Part shown: piece after piece, positions 8,496 to 18,514 of the stretch | How the letters are laid out: each line of letters begins with the position of its first letter | Position numbering within the stretch: position 1 is the stretch's first letter | From: a virus | Lineage: Duplodnaviria; Caudoviricetes | Strand: one strand, 5' to 3' | IMG/VR virus record: IMGVR_UViG_3300021964_010723 | Length of the DNA stretch: 64,000 nt | Made by a program: the position numbers and the translations under genes | Notes under the pieces: generated by a model | Databases searched by the model: none | What the model was told of the DNA's origin: nothing | Seen by the model: only the letters and a program-made list of their open reading frames with translations

Positions 8496-11400
8496 TTATA
8501 AACCTGAAATTTCGCCAGTATTTTTAATCCGTAAAGGAATATATATAAATTCTAAAGCTTTTACCGGTTCAATTGCTATATCAATATATAACTCTCCTCG
8601 GTCAATTCTAGCAGGTGTATTGTTGCTAGTATCGCAAACAATTAAATAATCATATATACCTCTAAGTGCAACAAGTTCTATGAAAATTGTTTCTATAGCT
8701 GCTTTAACTTCGTCTCTTGTTTGTTGATCATTTGGCTCAAATAAATAAGGTTTTGTTGCAACTTTTAACACTCCTCTTAAATAGATAATTAATCTAGCAA
8801 CATTGATTCTATCTAAAGCACTAGGAGTTAGTTGTCTAGTTTTTTGACCATAAGTAATAAGTCCTGCTCCAGTTACGAATGTTATTGGATTTACATTGTT
8901 TGTATACAATATGTCTCGTAAACCTTCATTGAGTGCAATTGCTTTAAACTCTCCTTCGTCAGTTATATAACCTGTTGAACTAGCGTTTGTAATTGTTCCT
9001 CGCCTTACACCAGCAGGAGCAAACCATGGATAAGATATTTGATCACTTAGGGCTAAAGTACGGAGCATCATATGACTAGCAGGTACAACAACATTATTTC
9101 CAAAATTGTCACTTGTAAATCCGCTTGGGTAGTACATTGCAACATACGGATCAGAAGTTACAGCTCCGTTGATGTTGTCTTCTACTGCTAAATTTACATT
9201 TGTAGCCCAATTATTTAACACAGTGCCATTGGGTTCTAATCTAAACGGTGTGTCAGCAATAATAAATGCGGACAAATTTCTATCATAGTTTAACGATATT
9301 AATTCATTAGTAAGTTCTGGATAACCAGGACAACTTAATAAATTAAATAATCTAGACTCGTCATCTCTTATATCTTGGTTACTATTAACTTCAGCTTGTA
9401 ATCTTTGCACTACTACTTTTCTTTGAGCATGACGACCGAAAGTACCTGATCCGTCCTCTTGATTTCCTGACTCTGTTGTCCATCTAGCAGGTGCATAGTT
9501 ACTCATTGATTCATCGTTATATCTAATATTTTTTTCTGCAGTATCAATATAAGATGTTTGATATTTTTTTACATTAAATCCACTACGTCTTGTGTTAACT
9601 AATAGCATTCCTTTTGGATATAAGCTAGGATCAGGACTATCTGGATCAACAAAATCACTTGATAATAAATCTTTTATATCTCCTGGTTCGTCGCTATTGC
9701 TACCGGCAGTATTATATCTTGCATCAGCAAATAATACACCTTCTTCAGTTGTTTGATCTGAAAGGTCTAATTCAAACCATCTTTTTACCAAAGGTAGATC
9801 TGTTCTTGCTGCATTAAATTTATAAAGTTTAGGATAATTATCAATATCTGAAGTGTCAACCCAAAGGTCACCAGTAACAAGTGCTGTATTGTCACTTTGT
9901 AACAATGGCATAGTTGCTGAAACAATAGGTCCTGCTGGATCTGTTTGCAAAGCAGTGTCTACATTATAATAAGGACTTGCAGCACCTACAGCACCTCCGT
10001 TATACAATAGTCCTACAAACTCAGAACCATTATGAACTAAGATATCTATTTCGTCTACAACTGAGGTATACCATAATTGGCCTTCTTGTGTTGCGCCTAT
10101 TGGTTGATTATCTGTTGCTACGTAAGTCAGCACATTCCACAAACTTGCTTGTAAATACATTGCATTATTGTAACCTTGCTGATAATATAAATTGGGCGTA
10201 CCATTAGCTTCGTCAACATATACAGAAAACCCTACTGATGCTAAAACACTGTCAGTATCTACAAATTTAATTTCTCCGCCTGTAGAATGATTTATAATTA
10301 TCTGGTTATTGCTTGTAACGGTAGCTGTAACATTTGGAATATTTGCATCATTTATTGCTCCAACTAATAGTGCCGAATCTGTTGATAATCCATTATATGT
10401 TGAAGTTACTGTGATTATATCGCTAAAATTAGCAGTGCCATTATTAGTCGACTGAACTGTAAATGATTTTGCACCAGCGCCGATTGAGCCATCTATCACA
10501 ATATTGCTAGTAATGGTTGTAGCACCAGTGTCCATTCTTTTCATTAATTTATGTATCGCTGTTGGCAATGCTCCAGCTGACACATCGGTTTGCATATAAA
10601 TGTCAGTCATTTTTAAATTTGACCCGCCTCCTGAAATATCTAAATTATACAAGGCTTGTGCGTTTGATGTGTAAACGTTAACTGTTTGTGAGTCCCATAA
10701 TTTTACAGCATCATTCCAAACTTTTAAATCTAATTTAATTCCTTTATTAGGTTCTGTAATTTTTACCCATGCGCTACCACTTGGACGAGGACTTGTATCG
10801 GCAAGTTTATACTCTGGAATATCTGTATGCTTAGAAATTTGCAGTTTTGGTGGATAATAAGCACCATCTGTAAACCCAATATCTGCTTCCGGATCTATAT
10901 CAGCAGATGCAGTGCTGGCTATTGCCATAGTAGTCCATTCTTGGTCATTCCAATAACTGTTAAAATAAATTTCTAATTTACCGTTTACAGCAGCAGCCGA
11001 TACAACTGGAGTTAAAGAAAACACTGTATTAATAGTTGTAGCAACGTCTTCGGCAGTGTCTCCAGTGGTTATATTAATTTGCTGAGGATCTGCTGATAAA
11101 ACATGAGCCTCTACGCTTGTTACAGTAATAGTAAATGATGCTGCTTGGGTTCCTGCTATCGTAAATACTTCGCTACCCTTTACTGTAGGCCAACTTTTAC
11201 TCCATGCACCACTTCCTACTAATACCCAATTGCCTGTACTATTCCTATAAAATGTTTTATTTAAAGTAGAGGTTGCAACAACAGCATACGAGCCTACACT
11301 GCCAACGCCTTTAGAAGGTATTACGCCTGCAAATCCATTTGTTTCAACACTTCCTGTATTTTCAGTTTGTGAATCGTCAGTAATAACAATTACTTTTTTG

Positions 11401-11888
11401 TATGTAAAGTTCTGTCCGCCGTTTAATATACTAGATCCATTCCATTCTTGAACACCCCAAATTGTAGTGCTGGTATCTAACCAATAAGCACCATCGGTTG
11501 GATCAGATCCAGGTGCTGTAGAACTTGCTTCAATTTGACTTAAATCAACGTCTGCTCTTACGACCCATGCAGCATTGGCTATTCCTAGATATGAGTATGC
11601 TGCTTGCAACCCGTATTCGTTTAATTCGCTTGCATGTATTGGGTTGTTGTTGTTATCAATTTGGAATGAAGGATCTCCAAATGTATCAACTAAATCTCGT
11701 TGTGATGTAATTAAATAAGGTATTCCTGCATTTGCATTTAATGTTCCAGATGCAGTTCCAGTACCTGCTCCATTAGGCTTGTTACTTGCAGTTGCAATAA
11801 ACAGTGCCGGAACTGTTCCTTGTTGCGCTGGTATATAAAAACTTTCGTCAACAACTTTTACTTCTACTCCTGGTGATACTAGTGCCAT
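8496..11888 (-). CDS. Tail sheath protein (T4 gp18-like), enlarged
   Basis: MALVSPGVEV..VDES start, L..FG.P, and a C-terminal YPWFAPAG..RG...NPI...G....GQKT...SALDRINVARL...FEPND...D..NNT...IDRGELYIDIAIEPVKA.EFIYIP sheath signature. Confidence 0.95.
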   Translation of the reverse strand: MALVSPGVEVKVVDESFYIPAQQGTVPALFIATASNKPNGAGTGTASGTLNANAGIPYLITSQRDLVDTFGDPSFQIDNNNNPIHASELNEYGLQAAYSYLGIANAAWVVRADVDLSQIEASSTAPGSDPTDGAYWLDTSTTIWGVQEWNGSSILNGGQNFTYKKVIVITDDSQTENTGSVETNGFAGVIPSKGVGSVGSYAVVATSTLNKTFYRNSTGNWVLVGSGAWSKSWPTVKGSEVFTIAGTQAASFTITVTSVEAHVLSADPQQINITTGDTAEDVATTINTVFSLTPVVSAAAVNGKLEIYFNSYWNDQEWTTMAIASTASADIDPEADIGFTDGAYYPPKLQISKHTDIPEYKLADTSPRPSGSAWVKITEPNKGIKLDLKVWNDAVKLWDSQTVNVYTSNAQALYNLDISGGGSNLKMTDIYMQTDVSAGALPTAIHKLMKRMDTGATTITSNIVIDGSIGAGAKSFTVQSTNNGTANFSDIITVTSTYNGLSTDSALLVGAINDANIPNVTATVTSNNQIIINHSTGGEIKFVDTDSVLASVGFSVYVDEANGTPNLYYQQGYNNAMYLQASLWNVLTYVATDNQPIGATQEGQLWYTSVVDEIDILVHNGSEFVGLLYNGGAVGAASPYYNVDTALQTDPAGPIVSATMPLLQSDNTALVTGDLWVDTSDIDNYPKLYKFNAARTDLPLVKRWFELDLSDQTTEEGVLFADARYNTAGSNSDEPGDIKDLLSSDFVDPDSPDPSLYPKGMLLVNTRRSGFNVKKYQTSYIDTAEKNIRYNDESMSNYAPARWTTESGNQEDGSGTFGRHAQRKVVVQRLQAEVNSNQDIRDDESRLFNLLSCPGYPELTNELISLNYDRNLSAFIIADTPFRLEPNGTVLNNWATNVNLAVEDNINGAVTSDPYVAMYYPSGFTSDNFGNNVVVPASHMMLRTLALSDQISYPWFAPAGVRRGTITNASSTGYITDEGEFKAIALNEGLRDILYTNNVNPITFVTGAGLITYGQKTRQLTPSALDRINVARLIIYLRGVLKVATKPYLFEPNDQQTRDEVKAAIETIFIELVALRGIYDYLIVCDTSNNTPARIDRGELYIDIAIEPVKALEFIYIPLRIKNTGEISGL

Positions 11889-11921
11889 GTTTTTCTCCTA
11901 TTAGGCTAATTCTATTAATAG

Positions 11922-11928
11922 TATTTAG
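11922..11928 (-). promoter_or_regulatory. Late promoter-like box CTAAATA upstream of sheath
   Basis: tatttag in the intergenic region, with an AGGAGA RBS before the ATG. Confidence 0.45.
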
Positions 11929-11997
11929 TTGCATTTGATAAAAATTGAGTTGGATAACCAGGCGAAAAAGGTATAGAAAAGGTATGGTAAATATTGT

Positions 11998-12336
11998 ATG
12001 CGACCTTTATGTATTTGCGGATTTCGACCAGCGGCTATTAACTATAAAAAAAATAATAAAATATATTATAGGAAAAAATGTGATACCTGTTTGAAAGCAT
12101 CAAGCGTAGGTGTAGGAATACCTAAATGGCAATTAAGCGGATATATAAAAAAAAATTTTTGTGAAAAATGTAAATTTACAAGTTTTTACACAGAACAATT
12201 TAACGTTTATCATATAGATGGAAATTTAAGTAACTGTAAAAGAAATAATCTAAAAACAATTTGTGCCAATTGTCAACGTATTTTACATAGAGAAGGTGTA
12301 AAATGGAAACAAGGCGATTTAGTACCTGATTTTTAG
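11998..12336 (+). CDS. Small HNH/zinc-finger endonuclease-like protein
   Basis: C.CG, CxxC, CEKC...HIDGNLSNC...NL.TICANC (HNH betabetaalpha-metal pattern). Confidence 0.65.
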   Translation: MRPLCICGFRPAAINYKKNNKIYYRKKCDTCLKASSVGVGIPKWQLSGYIKKNFCEKCKFTSFYTEQFNVYHIDGNLSNCKRNNLKTICANCQRILHREGVKWKQGDLVPDF

Positions 12337-13091
12337 CCTATGATAAATCCATATCCAGTACCGCCTGCTACTGCAGTGGAAATTTCTTGTTCTAATTTTT
12401 CCATCTCTGCCTGTGCTTCTGCTTTTAGTGCATCACCATTAAGTTGTCCTCCACCTTGCGGTCCTGCTATAGTTGCAAATTTACTTCTTGCTTCTCCTAA
12501 CATCATCTTACTTATAGCTAATGCATAATCTCTTATCCAAGATTTTGCCATGTAATCTAAAAGTAATTGATCATCTGGTCGGTAATTGTAACACTCAAGT
12601 AATAATGTTTCTTCTGCCCTAGGACGTTGTAGTATTGTTAAGACGTGGCGTGTCCTATTCCAATTGAATTCTATGAAAGATCCAAACATCCTGCCTACAA
12701 GTTCTTGGAATTGGCTAAAAAAATCATAGGTTGCCAAACCTCCTAAATTAGAACTTGCAAGTAAATAGGTATTTGTATACGCTAAGTTAAATGGCTCAAA
12801 TATACTGCCACCGTCACCACCGCCTGTTCTAGATCCTATACTTCGTCTAAATATGCGTCTTACCTCTAAAATTTCTTTTGGAAGGGTATAAGTGTTTTGA
12901 TCTACAATTGTTGGCATAAAAAAATAACTTTCTTCTGTGCTATTTTCAGTACGTTGCCTATATCTTGATAAAGCCTTGTCTAAAGCAGTTTCATAATGTA
13001 TAGGATCAAGCTCTACATCTACCATTCCCCCACCTAACATGTTGTGAATGTAATCGTAAACTTCTTGTCTTAATGTAGCTAATTCAGTCAT
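12333..13091 (-). CDS. Neck / head-tail adaptor protein (T4 gp13-like)
   Basis: YI..MLGG.MVDVELD...Y..A..KAL..YRQR, WI.DY.LA..K.MLGEARSKF..IAGP.GG..LNG..LK.EA..E. Confidence 0.85.
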   Translation of the reverse strand: MTELATLRQEVYDYIHNMLGGGMVDVELDPIHYETALDKALSRYRQRTENSTEESYFFMPTIVDQNTYTLPKEILEVRRIFRRSIGSRTGGGDGGSIFEPFNLAYTNTYLLASSNLGGLATYDFFSQFQELVGRMFGSFIEFNWNRTRHVLTILQRPRAEETLLLECYNYRPDDQLLLDYMAKSWIRDYALAISKMMLGEARSKFATIAGPQGGGQLNGDALKAEAQAEMEKLEQEISTAVAGGTGYGFIIG

Positions 13092-13105
13092 ATTTTTATG
13101 TCTCC

Positions 13106-13134
13106 TATTGTATTTATCGACGATAAATACAATA
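13106..13134. promoter_or_regulatory. Perfect 14-bp inverted repeat carrying back-to-back GATAAATA late-promoter boxes (divergent gp13/gp14)
   Basis: tattgtatttatcg-a-cgataaatacaata; the arms are exact reverse complements. Confidence 0.75.
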
Positions 13135-14300
13135 TGCCTAGAATATCTTTATACAAACCAACAAAAGGTAATGATTACAATTTTATTGATAATAGAATTT
13201 TAGAAATGTTTACAATTGGAGGGACCGATTTACATTTACACAAATATCTTGGTCCAAAAAATCCAATCTTAGAAGAAAGTACAAATGATGTACCACATTA
13301 TGATGCAGTGAAAGAAACAAATATACAAGATTTGTTATTTTTAGAAAATCGCGATAGAAAATACGATGAAAACATCTATAGAATTCGAGGTATTTATAAT
13401 GTACAAGATATAGATTTTAATTTAAGCCAATTTGGATTATTCCTAAGTAATGATACAATATTTTTGACAGTTCATATCAACAGTACAGTCAAAACCATTG
13501 GTAGGAAAATTATGAGCGGAGATGTAATTGAATTACCACATATGAAAGATGAGTATGCCGCAAATGACTTCCAAGTAGCTTTAAAAAGTTATTATGTTGT
13601 TGAAGAAATAAGTAGAGCTGCAGAAGGATATAGTCCTACATGGTACCCACATTTATACAGATTAAAATGTAAACAAATTGTAGATAGTCAAGAATTTAAA
13701 GATATATTAGATCTTCCAATGGATGAAGAAGCTCCTGCAGCAGGTAGTTTAAGAGACTTGTTATCAACATATGAAACGGACATGCAAATAAACGACGCTG
13801 TTGTTGCTCAAGCAGAAATTAATGCTAAATTGTCTGGATATGATGTATCTCATTTATTTACTGTTGCGAGAAAAGAAGATGGTAGTGTAAACATTGTCAC
13901 TGCTGATATAACAACATTGGATGCAAGCACAGTAAATGAATTAGCTGATCGTATAATGCAAACCCCAGAAAGAAATGGATATATTGGATATATAACTGGC
14001 GATGGTATACCACCAAATGGAGAATATTTTGGATATGGTATTGAATTCCCGGACGGAAGTATAGAAGGTGATTATTTCTTACGTACAGATACAAAACCAC
14101 AACGGTTGTTTAGATTTGATGGTTACCAGTGGAGAAAAATAGAAGATGTAAACAGAATGACATTAAGTAATTCAGATGATAGGCAAACGCACAGAACAAG
14201 TTTTGTGAATAATACAAATCAGACAACAATAGGAGATGAGACATTTGATGAACGGCAAAGCCTCAGTCAAGCTTTACGTGCAAAACCTGATAATGTCTAA
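13134..14300 (+). CDS. Neck / head-closure protein (T4 gp14-like); probable start 13134
   Basis: MPRISLYKP.KGNDY.FID, LLFLENRDRKYD, LSQFGLFL and GDVIELPH. The ORF track's upstream ATG (13098) runs through the promoter palindrome. Confidence 0.75.
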   Translation: MPRISLYKPTKGNDYNFIDNRILEMFTIGGTDLHLHKYLGPKNPILEESTNDVPHYDAVKETNIQDLLFLENRDRKYDENIYRIRGIYNVQDIDFNLSQFGLFLSNDTIFLTVHINSTVKTIGRKIMSGDVIELPHMKDEYAANDFQVALKSYYVVEEISRAAEGYSPTWYPHLYRLKCKQIVDSQEFKDILDLPMDEEAPAAGSLRDLLSTYETDMQINDAVVAQAEINAKLSGYDVSHLFTVARKEDGSVNIVTADITTLDASTVNELADRIMQTPERNGYIGYITGDGIPPNGEYFGYGIEFPDGSIEGDYFLRTDTKPQRLFRFDGYQWRKIEDVNRMTLSNSDDRQTHRTSFVNNTNQTTIGDETFDERQSLSQALRAKPDNV

Positions 14301-14312
14301 AGGATAGTAAGT

Positions 14313-15779
14313 ATGTTACATTTTTATGATGGTCAAATAAGAAGATATATTACACAGATTGTTAGGGTCTTTAGTAATTTTTCTCACAAAGATATAGATG
14401 GAAATATAAAGAAAATTCCTGTAGTTTATGGAGATTTGGCTAGGCAAGTAGGAAGTATTCTAAAAGATAATTCAGAATTAAAAATTTTAAGTGTTCCTAA
14501 AATGTCTGTTTACATAACGAACTTAGAAATGGATAGGCAAAGAACGAGTGACAGTACATTTGTTAGAAAAACAAATTTAGTTGAACGAGAATATGATTCA
14601 GCAACAAAAGAATACAATAATAAAAAAGGCAAAGGCTATACTGTAGAAAAATTAATGCCAAGTCCCTATACGTTATCTGTGAATGTAGATATTTGGTCTA
14701 GTAATACAGATCAAAAATTACAAATACTTGAACAAATTTTAATGCTGTTCAATCCTAGTTTAGAAATCCAAACTACAGATAATTTTATTGATTGGACAAG
14801 TTTATCTGTTCTAAATTTAGATCAAATAAATTTTAGTAGTAGAAGTATAGGCGCTAGTACAGAAAGTGAAATAGATATTGCATCTTTAACATTGTCTACA
14901 CCTATCTATATTTCTATGCCTGTTAAGGTAAAAAAGCTTGGAATAATTCATCAAATAATCACAAGTATATTTAATGAGAGTGCAAATAATGTAGATTTAA
15001 ATCTAACTATGCCTGAATTATTAGCATATTCAGAAAATCGATTTAAGTCTGACGCAGTACATAAAATTGTTATAGATGAAAATGGAAATGAAATTGTAGA
15101 ATATGGAGACCTAACTGCATCTAAGGACTTAGTTGATTCAGTTGTAGCAACTACTGTAGGGAATTTTGACTTACTTGTCCTTGGAACTACAATAAAATTA
15201 TTAGATAAAACAAAACCTAGTAATAGTTTTAGTTGGATAGAATACTTTTTAAATTATCCAGAACAGTATGTAGATAATATTACGGAAATTAGATTATATC
15301 AAACTGTATACGAAAATGATATTATTGGTACCGTGTTGATAAATCCAAAAAATGCAGAAGAACTTTTTGTAACGTGGGATATTGATTCTTTGCCGACAGA
15401 TTCAATTATATCTGGTCCAACAGGTTATAAAACCAAAATAGATTTTATCATAGATCCTACAAAAACAAATCCAGAAAATCTAAAATTTGCCGGATTACGA
15501 TTGATACTCTTAGATAGTCCATTAGGAGATTTAGACAATACTAATGGCCCTAACGGATGGAAAAACAATGATAACACAGATTTTTATGCTGACATAAATG
15601 ATATAGTTGAATGGGACGGAATTAAATGGGTAATTGTTTTTGATGCAAGTGAACATGTTGGAGATCCTATTTATACTACAAATCTTAATACAAATGTCCA
15701 ATACAAATTTATAAACAACGAGTGGGTATTATCTTATGAAGGAGAGTATCCAAATGGCAGTTGGCGTATCCAATTTTGA
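14313..15779 (+). CDS. Tail sheath stabiliser / tail completion protein (T4 gp15-like) with C-terminal extension
   Basis: FYDGQIRRY..Q..R.FSNF, P..YGD..R, P.MSVYI..L..D..R, MP.PY.L....DIWSSNTDQKLQILEQIL.LFNP.LEIQ. Confidence 0.8.
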   Translation: MLHFYDGQIRRYITQIVRVFSNFSHKDIDGNIKKIPVVYGDLARQVGSILKDNSELKILSVPKMSVYITNLEMDRQRTSDSTFVRKTNLVEREYDSATKEYNNKKGKGYTVEKLMPSPYTLSVNVDIWSSNTDQKLQILEQILMLFNPSLEIQTTDNFIDWTSLSVLNLDQINFSSRSIGASTESEIDIASLTLSTPIYISMPVKVKKLGIIHQIITSIFNESANNVDLNLTMPELLAYSENRFKSDAVHKIVIDENGNEIVEYGDLTASKDLVDSVVATTVGNFDLLVLGTTIKLLDKTKPSNSFSWIEYFLNYPEQYVDNITEIRLYQTVYENDIIGTVLINPKNAEELFVTWDIDSLPTDSIISGPTGYKTKIDFIIDPTKTNPENLKFAGLRLILLDSPLGDLDNTNGPNGWKNNDNTDFYADINDIVEWDGIKWVIVFDASEHVGDPIYTTNLNTNVQYKFINNEWVLSYEGEYPNGSWRIQF

Positions 15780-15791
15780 TATAACTACTGT

Positions 15792-16253
15792 ATGAAGAAA
15801 ATTGTTTGTAGTGGGGCATTATTATATGCAAAAAATAGCCAAAGATTTTTATTCCTCCATAGAGCACAAGGTAAGAATGGTAATTTATGGGGACTTGCAG
15901 GCGGAACTAATGAGGCTAGTGAAACACCGTGGACAGGGCTTGTTAGAGAAATAAAAGAAGAAATAGGCTGCATTGATATTATTAAATCTATACCTTTAGA
16001 AACATTTGTTAGTAATGATGATTATTTTTTGTTCCATACATATTTGTGTATAGTTAAGAATGAATTTTTACCTATTTTAAATCAAGAACATGATGGATAT
16101 GCTTGGGTAAAACTTTCTATGTGGCCAAAGCCTTTACATCCTGGGTTACGAAACACATTAAATACAAAAATTAATCAAGCAAAATTACAAACAGTAATAA
16201 ATTTAATACAATTATTAGAAAAAAACAATGACGAACTCTGTGAAAAAAACTGA
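15792..16253 (+). CDS. NUDIX hydrolase
   Basis: Exact Nudix box G-TNEAS-E-TPWTGLV-REIKEEIG (Gx5Ex7REUxEExG). Confidence 0.9.
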   Translation: MKKIVCSGALLYAKNSQRFLFLHRAQGKNGNLWGLAGGTNEASETPWTGLVREIKEEIGCIDIIKSIPLETFVSNDDYFLFHTYLCIVKNEFLPILNQEHDGYAWVKLSMWPKPLHPGLRNTLNTKINQAKLQTVINLIQLLEKNNDELCEKN

Positions 16254-16584
16254 ATGGGGGTATGAACTACATTGGGCAATGCAAAAAACTTACACTGGAA
16301 AAATTTTTGTTTTTGATAAAATTAGTAATACAGATATGATTTTTCATAAGCATAAAAACAAAAGTTTTTTTGTAAATAGTGGTAAGTTTAAAATTAGATT
16401 TGTTGATTTATCAAACGGAGATTTTAAAGAAACATCTTTAGACGAAGGCGGAACTATTGATATCCCTGCGTTCACACCACATCAAATTTGTTGCACTACA
16501 AGCAATGGATCTATTAACGAAGTAAGTGATAGTAATAACGAAGAAGATATTTACATATTATTACAAGAAAAATTTATTCAATAA
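16228..16584 (+). CDS. Cupin-fold (RmlC-like) small protein
   Basis: V.K.WGYE..W start, H..K..SF.V.SG and G..I.IP...PHQ cupin motifs. Confidence 0.65.
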   Translation: MTNSVKKTEWGYELHWAMQKTYTGKIFVFDKISNTDMIFHKHKNKSFFVNSGKFKIRFVDLSNGDFKETSLDEGGTIDIPAFTPHQICCTTSNGSINEVSDSNNEEDIYILLQEKFIQ

Positions 16585-16844
16585 TGTTACCTATATTACT
16601 AAAAACTAATAGGATAATCCAAGATTTAAATTTTTATAAAATAAAAATTAGACAAATAAAAAATGATAAAGCTAGAGATAAAGCCGATCTTTTATTGAAA
16701 AAATTAAAAGAATATATTGCTGATTTAGATCAAGCGCACAGAATTAGAACAGTAGGTGATTTACGACCAAATTTATTTACATATCATAGAGAACAAATTT
16801 ATAAAACTAGAAAGATGTTAGATAATATCATAAAAGAAAATTAA
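16584..16844 (+). CDS. Hypothetical basic protein
   Basis: 86-aa ORF coupled to the upstream gene by a TAATG overlap. Confidence 0.55.
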   Translation: MLPILLKTNRIIQDLNFYKIKIRQIKNDKARDKADLLLKKLKEYIADLDQAHRIRTVGDLRPNLFTYHREQIYKTRKMLDNIIKEN

Positions 16845-16845
16845 T

Positions 16846-16992
16846 TTATCCTTGATACTTTATCCTATATTTGCAATCTGGCGCATGGTTTTGTATTTGA
16901 TTGTTAATTTCTTTTTCTGATTTACCACAAAATAAACATACTAAATTAGTGTTGTGATCATTAGTTGGTAATCTCTTTTTTGGATAATCCAT
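16846..16992 (-). CDS. Small putative C2HC zinc-finger protein (48 aa), not in ORF track
   Basis: MDYPKKRLPTNDHNTNLVCLFCGKSEKEINNQIQNHAPDCKYRIKYQG; AGGAGA RBS at 17001-17006; fills the intergenic gap exactly. Confidence 0.65.
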   Translation of the reverse strand: MDYPKKRLPTNDHNTNLVCLFCGKSEKEINNQIQNHAPDCKYRIKYQG

Positions 16993-17032
16993 TTATATAT
17001 TCTCCTTAAAGTTTTTTTTATTAAATATTTAT

Positions 17033-18514
17033 ATGAACAGTTTAAAAAATATTGTAATTTTAGGCGGTGGTACAAGTGGTTTTATTTCTGCATTTGTTTT
17101 AAAGAAAAAAATACCTACACTGAACATACAAATTATTAAATCGTCTAAAATTGATATTATAGGAGTAGGAGAAGGCAGCACTGAAAATTTTACAAAATTT
17201 ATAAACTATGTAGATATAGATTACATTGACCTTGTAAGGTATTGTGGTGCAACTTTTAAAGCAGGAATAATGTTTAAAAATTGGAACCAAGAAAATTTTC
17301 TTCAAAGTATAGGTGATGGTTTTAATTATTCTATAGATGGTTATCCTTGCATTTATGCCCACCTTATAAAAAATAAATTATCTAATCATTTATTTGTACC
17401 TGATCATGCTTTAAATAGCAAGGTTAATACTTATTTTTTACAAGATAAAACTGTTTCACCAACATTACAATTCCATTTTGATAATTTTAAATTAAATTCT
17501 TATTTTGAAAATTTAGCTAAAAAAAGAGGTATTCAAGTTATATATGATGATATACAGAATGTTATCTTAGATAATAATGGAAATATTGAAAAATTAGAAA
17601 GTCCGTCAAATGTTTATTACGGCGATTTTTTTATTGATGCATCTGGTTTTAAAAAATTTTTACTAAACAAATTAGGATGTAATTGGCAAAGTTGGAGTTC
17701 ATATTTAAAAGTAAATTCTGCATTTACATTCCAAACAGATGCTGAAGATAAAATTGATATGTGGACAACAGCTCAAGCTATGGATAATGGATGGTTGTTT
17801 AAAATACCGCTGATGGATAGAAACGGCAATGGTTATATATTTGACAATTCATTTACAACGTTGTTGGATGCAAAAACAGAAGTTGAAAATTTTTTAGGGC
17901 ACTCCATTGATGTTGGGAGAGAATTTAATTTTGATCCTGGATATGTAAAACAACCGTGGATAAAGAATTGCTGTGCAATAGGACTAAGTTCTAGTTTTGT
18001 TGAACCGTTAGAAGCTTCGTCAATTGGTGTAACTATTGAACAATCATTTTTACTTTCTAGTTCACTAATTAATTACAATGAATATGTTATAAATCGGTAT
18101 AATAATATCAATGAAAAAATATTAGAAAATGTAAGAGATTTTATTTCTTTACACTATCTAACAAAAAAAACTAACACACCATTTTGGAGAGATATCAATC
18201 AAAATTTAATTTTATCTCCTAAATTATCAGCATTGTTAGAAATTTGGAAAAACAAATTACCTAGCAGATCGGATTTTTACGATTATTCTCCGTATTGCTT
18301 GTTTAACGAATTACATTTTATCTTAATTTTAAATGGTTTAAAATTATTTAATACAAACAAAATAAAACTAGAATATCAAAATACTATAAATGAAAATGAC
18401 GAATTAGAAATATTAAATATACTTGAACAACAGAGAACTTTAATGTGTGACACAATTCCGCATAGACTTATGTTAGAGTGTATTAGGACTATGAAAAAAG
18501 AAAATTATGAGTAG
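17033..18514 (+). CDS. Tryptophan-halogenase-family flavin-dependent enzyme (FDH1)
   Basis: GGGTSG FAD motif, GVGEGST, ATFKAGI (catalytic Lys position), GWLFKIP, FVEPLEA. Confidence 0.9.
   Translation: MNSLKNIVILGGGTSGFISAFVLKKKIPTLNIQIIKSSKIDIIGVGEGSTENFTKFINYVDIDYIDLVRYCGATFKAGIMFKNWNQENFLQSIGDGFNYSIDGYPCIYAHLIKNKLSNHLFVPDHALNSKVNTYFLQDKTVSPTLQFHFDNFKLNSYFENLAKKRGIQVIYDDIQNVILDNNGNIEKLESPSNVYYGDFFIDASGFKKFLLNKLGCNWQSWSSYLKVNSAFTFQTDAEDKIDMWTTAQAMDNGWLFKIPLMDRNGNGYIFDNSFTTLLDAKTEVENFLGHSIDVGREFNFDPGYVKQPWIKNCCAIGLSSSFVEPLEASSIGVTIEQSFLLSSSLINYNEYVINRYNNINEKILENVRDFISLHYLTKKTNTPFWRDINQNLILSPKLSALLEIWKNKLPSRSDFYDYSPYCLFNELHFILILNGLKLFNTNKIKLEYQNTINENDELEILNILEQQRTLMCDTIPHRLMLECIRTMKKENYE

Noticed and set aside
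13098-13133. ORF-track N-terminal extension of the gp14-like gene
   Set aside because: It runs through the promoter palindrome; the ATG at 13134 gives the family-like MPRISLY start.
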